Source of the DNA: a virus
Strand: one strand, 5' to 3'
Virus record (IMG/VR): IMGVR_UViG_3300037245_003366
Span: 1 to 49,813 of that record
Length of the DNA stretch: 49,813 nucleotides
This document shows, piece by piece, positions 14,940 through 22,387 of this stretch. The notes under the pieces were generated by a model. That model saw nothing but the letters and a program-made list of their open reading frames with translations, did no database searches and was not told the DNA's origin. The stretch's first letter is position 1. The number at the start of each line of letters is the position of its first letter. The translations under genes and the position numbers were made by a program.

Positions 14940-15716
14940 ATGATTGAAGAAAGCAACGATCAATTCATACCAGTAGCAAAAATGGACAGTTTGGAAGTGA
15001 TGGCTAATATTGAATATGCAAAAGCGGCAGGTGATCCGGCTTTTTTAGAGTTTCTTCAGCTTCAAGTCAAATGGCAACCGATTGAAGGGAATTTGAAAAA
15101 GTTGGAAGGTGATGAAGATTTGAATAAAGCGGTTGATTTGTTTGATGAGATGAAAACATCAATTAAAAATCTGGATGATTTGAGATTACAGCATGTCGCG
15201 TTTCCTACGAAGGTTGTGAGTATGGTAAATGCGTTGTTTAAGCAAGTTAGGGATGGGATGTTGAAGAGTAAAGATCATGTGGGGAGGTTGATTGATGTGA
15301 GGAAGGGGGAAATTGAAAGAGAGTTTTTGAGGAAGAAAGCAGAAGCGGAAGAGCAGGAGAGGGAAAGGTTGGAGAAGATAAAGAAAGGGGAGAAACAAGA
15401 TGTCGTTACTGAAGAAGTTACGGAAGGTATTGAGAAAGTTCAAATGGAGATTAAGATTCCGGACGCGCCAGAGAATACGGTGGTCAGTACGAGAGGGGCG
15501 AAGGTACATACGAGACAAACGGAGAGTTTGGAAATTATCGATCTGGCGGCGTTTTTGAAGTTGTTAGTAAGTAAGGATAGGAGGAATGGTTGGTTAGTTG
15601 AGAAGAGAGGGGAGTTGGTAAAGATTGATACAGGGTTGTTACAGAAATTGATGAAGGAGAATAAGAAAGCGAAAGTTGGAGGAGTGAAGGTGGTGAAGGA
15701 TACGAAGACTGTTTAA
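14940..15716 (+). CDS. Gp157-like coiled-coil protein (258 aa), tentative
   Basis: Central E/K-rich coiled coil. The C-terminal part (..VVSTRGAKVHTRQTESLEIIDLAAF...GGVKVVKDTKTV) resembles the Sipho_Gp157 C-terminus. The gene lies in the recombination module. Confidence 0.4.
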   Translation: MIEESNDQFIPVAKMDSLEVMANIEYAKAAGDPAFLEFLQLQVKWQPIEGNLKKLEGDEDLNKAVDLFDEMKTSIKNLDDLRLQHVAFPTKVVSMVNALFKQVRDGMLKSKDHVGRLIDVRKGEIEREFLRKKAEAEEQERERLEKIKKGEKQDVVTEEVTEGIEKVQMEIKIPDAPENTVVSTRGAKVHTRQTESLEIIDLAAFLKLLVSKDRRNGWLVEKRGELVKIDTGLLQKLMKENKKAKVGGVKVVKDTKTV

Positions 15717-15741
15717 GGGGATTGGTATATAGGGAGATAGA

Positions 15742-15987
15742 ATGGAAATGCATATAGAGAAAGACTGGATTAAAAAATTTGACCCTAAAAAGGAAGAAAT
15801 TACACCCATTATTGGCCCTATAGAATCAGCCGGAGTGGGTAGAAAATGTCCAAATTGTGGCCTTGTGGCTCATTATAAAATCAAAGGTAGAAAAGTTCAG
15901 AAAGTAGAATGCCCCGAATGTGATTTTGAGTTTGAGGTTAGGAAATATGAGCGAAACAAAAAAAAAGAATGTTTAATAAATAATTGA
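15742..15987 (+). CDS. Zinc-ribbon protein (81 aa)
   Basis: CPNCG...[17]...CPECDFEF; GGGAG upstream. Confidence 0.55.
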   Translation: MEMHIEKDWIKKFDPKKEEITPIIGPIESAGVGRKCPNCGLVAHYKIKGRKVQKVECPECDFEFEVRKYERNKKKECLINN

Positions 15988-16031
15988 TATTATAGATTAC
16001 AATCAGGAGACTGGTACAGAATAATCACACA

Positions 16032-16613
16032 ATGGAGGAACCAATGGAACTTAATTGTGGAACATGCGAAAGCGACAATGCAAAGGCAAACCCATTTTGT
16101 GGAACTTGTATCACATATTCAAACTGGAAACCAAGGGAGGAACCAATGGGAAAGGAGCCAGTTATGAAAGACAGCGCAGGTAATTATAAAATATTGCGGG
16201 ATTGTACGCTTGATACATTGATTGAAGATGGGAATTGTTTTGAAGCGGTTAAGTTTTATAGAAAAGCTTCTTTCCAAACTATTAGTAAGCATTTTAAACT
16301 ATCAGTATTGTTTAAAGAATATCCAGAAATGGTAGAAAAAGCAATCCCTTATCTCACAGATGAAACACTACCAAAAGGCGCATATTTAAAAAAGATAGAG
16401 CGCAAGCCGGAACCGGGGGAGATTTGGAAGCTTGATGGTAATTTATGGTTTGTGGCTGAAAACGAGATTATGAAGTCAACGGCTGTAAAGTCAACAGGAT
16501 GGCTGTGTTATTGTGTTGCAGATAGCGATAAAACCTTTATGAATTTTCAAGCTAATGGTTGGGAATACATCGGCAAGCTAAAGGACATGCTAAAGAAAAC
16601 AGAAGCGGAATAG
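16032..16613 (+). CDS. Hypothetical protein with an N-terminal CxxC..CxxC knuckle (193 aa)
   Basis: ..CGTCESDNAKANPFCGTC.. The start may be ATG 16044 (GGAGGA upstream). The 14-mer GGAGGAACCAATGG recurs internally at 16135..16148. Confidence 0.55.
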   Translation: MEEPMELNCGTCESDNAKANPFCGTCITYSNWKPREEPMGKEPVMKDSAGNYKILRDCTLDTLIEDGNCFEAVKFYRKASFQTISKHFKLSVLFKEYPEMVEKAIPYLTDETLPKGAYLKKIERKPEPGEIWKLDGNLWFVAENEIMKSTAVKSTGWLCYCVADSDKTFMNFQANGWEYIGKLKDMLKKTEAE

Positions 16614-16622
16614 GGGGGAGGT

Positions 16623-16871
16623 ATGAACAAAGATGTCGAAGAATTTCAAAATACCCTCTGGGGAATTGAAGAAAAAGTAACGGAATATTACGGAGAGAAG
16701 AAATGGGATACGCCGAGGAGTATTACGTTTGGTGATAAGGGTACGAAGGAGAATGATATTTGCATCGGGAAAAAGTTATTTTTAGATGGAAGCGTGACGA
16801 TGAAGAAGATAAGTAACGGGTGGGAAGTTAAGATGCCGAGGTGGTTGGCGAGAAAGGAGGGGTTGGTGTGA
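16623..16871 (+). CDS. Hypothetical protein (82 aa)
   Basis: ORF with GGGGGGAGG upstream. Confidence 0.55.
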   Translation: MNKDVEEFQNTLWGIEEKVTEYYGEKKWDTPRSITFGDKGTKENDICIGKKLFLDGSVTMKKISNGWEVKMPRWLARKEGLV

Positions 16872-16956
16872 TATACTTATTTACAATAGATACGGCAGGG
16901 GGCAGTCTTTATTTTTATGATTGGTACTGCACGATAGCATAGGAGGGACTTATATA

Positions 16957-17250
16957 ATGAAATTAAACAAAAAACAATTTCAATTCTCCTGGATGGTTGG
17001 GCAGCTGATTATTTTCTATTATCAAAATGGATATACGATTCAGCTTGGGGATGCGAGAGCGAAGACAGGACATAAGAAGGGGAGCTTTCACGGGTTGAGT
17101 TTGGCGATTGATATTAATTTGTTTAAGGATGGGAAGTATTTGAAGGATACGAAGGATCATTTGCTTGGGGGGGAGTTTTGGATGTCGATAGGAGGAAGTT
17201 GGGGAGGTTTGTGGGATGACGGGAATCATTATAGCTTGGGGGAGGGATAG
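16957..17250 (+). CDS. Peptidase M15 (VanY / L-Ala-D-Glu peptidase-like) cell-wall hydrolase, probable endolysin (97 aa)
   Basis: Zn-ligand motifs SFHGLSLAIDINL and WDDGNHY. ATG 16957 is in frame within track ORF 16921..17250. Confidence 0.7.
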   Translation: MKLNKKQFQFSWMVGQLIIFYYQNGYTIQLGDARAKTGHKKGSFHGLSLAIDINLFKDGKYLKDTKDHLLGGEFWMSIGGSWGGLWDDGNHYSLGEG

Positions 17251-17253
17251 GAA

Positions 17254-17445
17254 ATGAGTTTATATGATTACGAAAAAAGCAGAGATATTAATCTTAAAGA
17301 TTACAGTTTTACAGCTTTAATTATGGCAGCTATGAGAAAAGCTGATGATTTTAATTTAGCTATGTTAAAAGCGGAATTTCCGGATATACTTAATGAATTA
17401 AAAGCACGTTATAATGCTCCAGGTGGAAAATTAGAGGGGGAATAA
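17254..17445 (+). CDS. Hypothetical protein (63 aa)
   Basis: ORF with GGGGGAGGG upstream. Confidence 0.5.
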   Translation: MSLYDYEKSRDINLKDYSFTALIMAAMRKADDFNLAMLKAEFPDILNELKARYNAPGGKLEGE

Positions 17446-17448
17446 AAA

Positions 17449-17619
17449 ATGAAAATAAAAATGTGGTGTTTGGTTAATAGGAAGACGGGTAAGATTGTGA
17501 ATGTTTAGGTAGAAGGTACTTCGTATGCAGTTGGGTTCGGTTCAAAAAAAGGATTGTTAGGTGTAATTGGTGAACCTGATCACGACGAAGAAATCCGGAA
17601 AATTGAGGTGGAGGTGTGA
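17449..17619 (+). pseudogene. Small ORF (56 codons) interrupted by one in-frame TAG at codon 20 (nonsense mutation or read-through candidate)
   Basis: MKIKMWCLVNRKTGKIVNV-TAG(17506..17508)-VEGTSYAVGFGSKKGLLGVIGEPDHDEEIRKIEVEV-TGA. Both parts share one frame. The downstream part has no ATG or GTG start, only a late TTG at 17554. Confidence 0.4.
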
Positions 17620-17622
17620 TGG

Positions 17623-18174
17623 ATGAAAAAATATAATATAATTTATGCTGATCCACCGTGGAGCTATAAAGATAAAAGAGATAAACATCCACGTATTTGT
17701 GGTGGTGCTTTATCACATTATCAAACAATGAATTTAGAAGATATTAAAAAACTAAATCTCCCAACAGATAATAATTGTATGCTATTTTTGTGGGCTACGT
17801 TTCCTAACATGCAAGAAGCATTAGATGTCATAAAAGCATGGGGTTTTACATATAAAACACTTGGTTTCAGTTGGATAAAAACAAATAAAAAGAACGGTAA
17901 ACCATTTTTCGGGATTGGGTATTATACAAAATCTAACTGCGAAGTTTGTTTGATAGGTGTTAAAGGCAAGCCAATAAAGATAAGTAATTATGTTAGTAGT
18001 GTGATAATAGCTCCGAAAGAAACACACAGCAAGAAACCAGATTGTGTCCGTGATAAGATTGTTGAATTGTGTGGTGATATACCAAGGTTAGAAATGTTTG
18101 CGCGTCAAAAAACGGAAGGATGGGATGTGTGGGGGAATGAAGTTAATTTTATTGAAGTAAAAGAGATTAAATAA
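17623..18174 (+). CDS. MT-A70 family N6-adenine DNA methyltransferase (183 aa)
   Basis: Catalytic DPPW motif (NIIYADPPWSYKD), ..MLFLWAT.., ..THSKKPD.., ..RLEMFAR....GWDVWGNE. Confidence 0.85.
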   Translation: MKKYNIIYADPPWSYKDKRDKHPRICGGALSHYQTMNLEDIKKLNLPTDNNCMLFLWATFPNMQEALDVIKAWGFTYKTLGFSWIKTNKKNGKPFFGIGYYTKSNCEVCLIGVKGKPIKISNYVSSVIIAPKETHSKKPDCVRDKIVELCGDIPRLEMFARQKTEGWDVWGNEVNFIEVKEIK

Positions 18175-20063
18175 TGACCTACCAAAAACAACACGTCCCT
18201 TCAGAGGGACCACTGGATGCAAAAGTCATCCTCATAGGAGAGAATCCCTGGGTGAATGAAGTGTCGAATGGGAGGCCATTTGCAGGACAAGCAGGGAATA
18301 AGTTAAAATTCTGGTGGCATGGGACCGGGTTGGATAGGACAAAGATGAGATTGATGAATTTATATCCTTACAAACCTCCGATAGATGATTTAGTATGTGT
18401 GGAAGTGGATGAATTGGGAGAGTGGGTTGGGAAGTTACATGAGAGGATTGGGAGGTTAGAGGAGCCGCATGTGCTTGTGCCGATGGGAAACTATGCTACA
18501 TGGGCGTTGACAGGAAAGGGAAAGGTCAAGGCGGCGTTAAGGAATAAATTCACGCAGGTGGATGATGTAGGAGCGACTGAGGCTGAGAAAAAGGCGGGAA
18601 TTGTTGATTTGCGCGGAAGTTTTTATCCTTATAAGGATGTGAATGGGAGAATTTTAAAAGTTATTCCAATGATTCATCCTAAAGAGGCGTTAAAATGGGA
18701 TAAATGGGATAAGAGATGTAAGAATGATTGGGATAAGGTGGATAGGGAGAAGGAGTTTGGAGAAATAAGGGCGTTGGATAGAAAGCATGTTATTGACCCG
18801 AGTGAGGAGGAGGTTAGGCAGTTTACTGAGACTGTGGAGTATTGGGGGGAAGATGTCATATTATCGATTGATATTGAGAGTTGGGGAAACCAGCTTACAT
18901 GCGTGGGATTTTCACATCGAAAGGATTGGAGTATTACGATTCCGACGTTCGGGAAGAAAGCAGATGTGTTCCTTCCTTATGTTAAGAGGTTGTGTGAGAG
19001 TGCGAGTGAGAAGGTGTTGTGTAATGGATTGTATGATTGGTATTGGTTGGATTATTATAATATACAACTTAGGAATTTCCGATGGGATGTGAGTTTGATG
19101 CATCATGCATTAGATGCGGCGGAGAGTCATAGTTTGAATTTCCTGGCGAGTATTTATTGTCCACATTATGTTTTTTGGAAGGATGAAGCGAAGGAAGCGG
19201 AAGAGATTATTAAATATGCGAAGAAATTGGATGCTCTTTGGGTGTATAATGGATTGGATTGTGTTTATACGAGGGAGTTGTATGATTTGTTGAAGGCGGA
19301 TTTGGAAAGAGAAGGGATGTTGAATTTTTATCTCCAACATTATGCGGGGATGTTGGAGCCGTTATTAAGGACGACACGGCATGGATTTAGGGTGGATAAA
19401 GAAGCTCAGAAGACATGGGCTAAGAAGTTGAAGGGTGAGATGAAGGGGATACATGCGGAATTGAATAAAGAAGCGGGAGAAGAGCTGTTTGCTACTGAGG
19501 AGAAGGGGTATTTGAGGGAGCCAACATTAGAAGAGTGGAAAAGGTTATTCAATTGGTCACAACCACAAAAAGACGCATTAGATATGCAATGGATGAAAGA
19601 TTTCTACTCTCAACCACCAAAAAGTAAAGAAATTGATCGTGAAGTTCGTAAGGAACTTGGATATATAATGTCCGGGAAGAATGCCGGGAAGATCCGGGAT
19701 AAAAAGACAATAGTGAAGAAAGATTTCTCCAATGCAAAGTTGATGGAGTTTTTCTATGAGACGTTGGAGTTGCCAAAGCAGTATAAGTTGAGAAATGGGA
19801 AGAGTGGGAGGAAAAGGACGGTATGTTTGGATGAGGGGGCGATTAGGAAGTTGACGGCAAAATGGCCTAATAAGATAGAAAATTGGGGGAATTTGTTATT
19901 AGCACATAGGGAGAAGAAGAAAGAAGCGGATTATTTAAAGGGGGCATGGGATAAGGATGGGAGGATCAGGTGCGGGTATGGGATGTTGACTGAGGCAGGG
20001 AGGTTGAAGAGTCATAAGAATCCTATGAGGAGAGGGTTTAATTTGCAGAATATTAAGAGGTGA
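18174..20063 (+). CDS. polA: Family A DNA polymerase, N-terminal fragment: UDG-like domain, 3'-5' exonuclease, and start of the polymerase domain (629 aa)
   Basis: UDG-fold motifs GENPWVNEVSNGRPFAGQAGNKL and MIHPKEAL. Exonuclease motifs SIDIESWG, NGLYDWYWL and YNGLDCVYTRELY. The ORF ends ..GRLKSHKNPMRRGFNLQNIKR-TGA, at the conserved NLQNIP box. Its start overlaps the methyltransferase stop. Confidence 0.85.
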   Translation: MTYQKQHVPSEGPLDAKVILIGENPWVNEVSNGRPFAGQAGNKLKFWWHGTGLDRTKMRLMNLYPYKPPIDDLVCVEVDELGEWVGKLHERIGRLEEPHVLVPMGNYATWALTGKGKVKAALRNKFTQVDDVGATEAEKKAGIVDLRGSFYPYKDVNGRILKVIPMIHPKEALKWDKWDKRCKNDWDKVDREKEFGEIRALDRKHVIDPSEEEVRQFTETVEYWGEDVILSIDIESWGNQLTCVGFSHRKDWSITIPTFGKKADVFLPYVKRLCESASEKVLCNGLYDWYWLDYYNIQLRNFRWDVSLMHHALDAAESHSLNFLASIYCPHYVFWKDEAKEAEEIIKYAKKLDALWVYNGLDCVYTRELYDLLKADLEREGMLNFYLQHYAGMLEPLLRTTRHGFRVDKEAQKTWAKKLKGEMKGIHAELNKEAGEELFATEEKGYLREPTLEEWKRLFNWSQPQKDALDMQWMKDFYSQPPKSKEIDREVRKELGYIMSGKNAGKIRDKKTIVKKDFSNAKLMEFFYETLELPKQYKLRNGKSGRKRTVCLDEGAIRKLTAKWPNKIENWGNLLLAHREKKKEADYLKGAWDKDGRIRCGYGMLTEAGRLKSHKNPMRRGFNLQNIKR

Positions 20064-20068
20064 TATTT

Positions 20069-20266
20069 ATGGGTACAATTACCGTACATACAACAGATGA
20101 AGCATTTATTTTAAGGGGGGTTAGAAAGATTATTAGGAAGGATGCAAGGTATAAAGGACTACTTTTTTCTTTAGTAGATATACACCAAAGTACAGAAAAC
20201 TATATAAAATATTTAAAGAAAACAAACAAAAGCTTAAAAAAACAAACTAAGGATCTTACAAGGTGA
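20069..20266 (+). CDS. Hypothetical basic protein (65 aa) inside the polA gap
   Basis: MGTITVHTTDEAFILRGVRKIIRKDARYKG...; AAGAGG is 8 nt upstream of ATG 20069. Confidence 0.45.
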   Translation: MGTITVHTTDEAFILRGVRKIIRKDARYKGLLFSLVDIHQSTENYIKYLKKTNKSLKKQTKDLTR

Positions 20267-20454
20267 TGGGGATGGACGATAAAGAAATCATAACCTTCAA
20301 CTGGTGTCCTGATTGTGGAATTGATATGGATAAGGAAGGGGTAGAGAGAGAGAAGTGCATCCATTGTGGGGAAGGGTATTGTGTGAGGTGTGTTAAGGAA
20401 CATGAGAGTATGTGTGTAGAGAATGCGAGGAATGATTGGACGAGGGGGTATTGA
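20266..20454 (+). CDS. Zinc-ribbon protein (62 aa) inside the polA gap
   Basis: ..WCPDCGIDMDKEGVEREKCIHCGEGYCVRCVKEHESMC..; TGATG overlap with the previous ORF. Confidence 0.5.
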   Translation: MGMDDKEIITFNWCPDCGIDMDKEGVEREKCIHCGEGYCVRCVKEHESMCVENARNDWTRGY

Positions 20455-20457
20455 AGG

Positions 20458-20598
20458 ATGTTTGATAAATGGATAGGATGGTTGATTGAAGCTTCCTTGG
20501 ATGAAGATAAGTGGTTAATATCAGTTGATAGTGTTTATATTCGTTCAAGGTTATGGTGGTCTGTTTATTGGAGAAAAAAGACGAGGAGTGATTATTGA
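20458..20598 (+). CDS. Hypothetical Trp-rich protein (46 aa) inside the polA gap
   Basis: MFDKWIGWLIEASLDEDKWLISVDSVYIRSRLWWSVYWRKKTRSDY; GAAGGATG context. Confidence 0.35.
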   Translation: MFDKWIGWLIEASLDEDKWLISVDSVYIRSRLWWSVYWRKKTRSDY

Positions 20599-20948
20599 TG
20601 AAAATATTAAGAGTATTAGAATATGAGGGAACCGAAGAGTTTATTTCAAGTTGTTTAAAGAATAGAGCTATACGTAATAGATATGAAGTTGGAAACGGAA
20701 TTATACGTGAAGCAATTCTTGGTGGTACTGATGAAGTTTTAAGTCAAATGGAGAATGAAAAAAGTATTATACCCTTAGATGAAAAAGTATTTTTTAGGTT
20801 TTTAAATGGAGAAAGACTTGTTAAAATTGCTAAAGATTTAGATGTATCTTTACCTGCTATAAGAAAAAGAGTATTGCGTTATTGTGGGAGAAAGGGGCTT
20901 AATTATGATAGAATTAAAATCAATTCGCGAAACCTTCCTCCCCGATGA
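20598..20948 (+). CDS. HTH protein (116 aa) inside the polA gap; its N-terminal half is paralogous to 22388..22609
   Basis: MKILRVLEYEGTEEFISSCLKNRAIRNRYEVGNGIIREAILG.. The C-terminal part ..GERLVKIAKDLDVSLPAIRKRVLRY.. looks like a sigma-r4/LuxR-type HTH. AGGAG upstream. Confidence 0.55.
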   Translation: MKILRVLEYEGTEEFISSCLKNRAIRNRYEVGNGIIREAILGGTDEVLSQMENEKSIIPLDEKVFFRFLNGERLVKIAKDLDVSLPAIRKRVLRYCGRKGLNYDRIKINSRNLPPR

Positions 20949-21753
20949 AGGCTGCGTTATGGTACGCTGTGACCTTGCACAAGTAGAGCATAGGATAGGT
21001 TTAATGTATTGTGGGACGGAAAGGTTGATACCTTTAGCGAATGTCCGGCCTGAGACATATGATGCTTTCACGGAAGGAGCGAAAGCGATTTTCGGGGTTG
21101 TGAAGGTTGAAAAGCAAATGAGATATCTGACGAAAAAGGTATTTCATGCGAGTTGGCGACAAATGGGCGGGGAGAAGATGAGTGAGAGTATTTCGAAGGA
21201 TACCGATGGAGGGTTGTTTGTTCCTGCCAGGAAATGTCAGACTTTGATAAATAAGCATTTACAGAATTTTCATGAGATTGAGGAAATTTTCTTTCCTTGG
21301 GTGAGGGAGAGGGTTAGAAATGATGGGGTGTTAGTGAATTCCTGGGGGAGAAGGATGGATTTGAAGCATTGGAGGATAGATGATGATCTTTATAGGAAAG
21401 CATATTCTTTTTATATGCAATCAGATGCGGCAGATTGGACTAATCAGTATGGATTTGTACCGGGGCATTGGTGGATGATGGAGAGGTATGGGAGGCCGTT
21501 GAATGCACAGGTTCATGATGAGGTGATTGCGAGTGTGCCTTTTGAGGATGCTTGGGAGTTTGCAGATTTTATTGTGAAAAGTATGGAGCAGAGAAGGGAA
21601 ATTCCAAAAGGAAGTGGGAATTATTTGACGGTTCCGGCAGGGATTACCGTGGGAAGAAGTTGGGGGGATCAGAAAGGAGTGGAGTTTAAGAGGTTAGAGG
21701 AGAGGGAGGAGTTTTATTTGAAATTATATAAGGAGGGGTTTTATGGATCTTAA
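20905..21753 (+). CDS. polA: Family A DNA polymerase, C-terminal fragment (palm and fingers, motifs A-C; 282 aa)
   Basis: MIELKSIRETFLPDEGCVMVRCDLAQVEHRI (motif A, cf. DYSQIELR), RYLTKKVFHASWRQMG (divergent motif B) and NAQVHDEVIASVP (motif C). ATG 20905 has AAGGGG upstream. An alternative GTG lies at 20884. Confidence 0.85.
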   Translation: MIELKSIRETFLPDEGCVMVRCDLAQVEHRIGLMYCGTERLIPLANVRPETYDAFTEGAKAIFGVVKVEKQMRYLTKKVFHASWRQMGGEKMSESISKDTDGGLFVPARKCQTLINKHLQNFHEIEEIFFPWVRERVRNDGVLVNSWGRRMDLKHWRIDDDLYRKAYSFYMQSDAADWTNQYGFVPGHWWMMERYGRPLNAQVHDEVIASVPFEDAWEFADFIVKSMEQRREIPKGSGNYLTVPAGITVGRSWGDQKGVEFKRLEEREEFYLKLYKEGFYGS

Positions 21754-21967
21754 TAGCAGGTGTACAGGACGAACAACAAAAATGTTAATTGAATTAGCTT
21801 CTTATATTCATGAAAACTGGAATACATATAAAATTATTAGTTTCAGTTCTCATAGTTTAGTGTATTCTTTTAAGCTTATAGAAAGAATCCTTCCTGTTTT
21901 ACCTGGATATAAAAGAATAAATAAATACCATTTTGAATTCGGTAAAGTTCATTTATTTATTTATTAA
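21743..21967 (+). CDS. Hypothetical protein (74 aa)
   Basis: ..CTGRTTKMLIELASYI..; AAGGAGG upstream. Confidence 0.45.
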   Translation: MDLNSRCTGRTTKMLIELASYIHENWNTYKIISFSSHSLVYSFKLIERILPVLPGYKRINKYHFEFGKVHLFIY

Positions 21968-22053
21968 AACAAGAGAAGATCAATGTCTCGGATCACCGAG
22001 AAAAAAACTTCTTGATATGGATTTTGACGATCATTATATAAGGGAGATTTTAA

Positions 22054-22383
22054 ATGGTGGCGATATTGGATAAAAAAGAAACAAACAAACAGGCACAGGA
22101 TATTTTGAAGAATTTCACTCCGGATGAGAAGGCATTTGCGGAGGCATTCGCAACAATGAAGATTGAAAATAAGATGCTGACAAGGCAGCTTGTAACTTTA
22201 AAAGAAGCGTATGAAGAAATATGGCAATTGGCGGTGGTTGTGTTGGATATTGTGCAGAAGGATGACCCGGAAGGATTAAGGTTGCATGTGAGTCAGTTGA
22301 AGAGGTTTAAGGAAGAGTATAGGATAGATAGGAAAGTGGATGGGGAGGATGTTGTTTTTAAATTACTGACTGTGGGGGATTAG
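22054..22383 (+). CDS. Hypothetical protein (109 aa)
   Basis: ORF with AAGGGAG upstream. Confidence 0.55.
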   Translation: MVAILDKKETNKQAQDILKNFTPDEKAFAEAFATMKIENKMLTRQLVTLKEAYEEIWQLAVVVLDIVQKDDPEGLRLHVSQLKRFKEEYRIDRKVDGEDVVFKLLTVGD

Positions 22384-22387
22384 GGAC

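Noticed and set aside
16033-16148. Repeated GGAGGAACCAATGG at 16033 and 16135, read as an internal translation start giving two isoforms.
   Set aside because: This is only a 14-nt coincidence inside one ORF, encoding EEPM twice. There is no independent support, so it is kept as a note in the feature table.
909-20063. Genome-wide stop-codon reassignment (TGA or TAG read as sense) as the explanation for the split terL and polA.
   Set aside because: All large structural ORFs are open in the standard code. Reading through the terL-ATPase TGA hits TAA two codons later. Reading through the polA TGA hits TAA after 19 codons, and the downstream fragments are in different frames.
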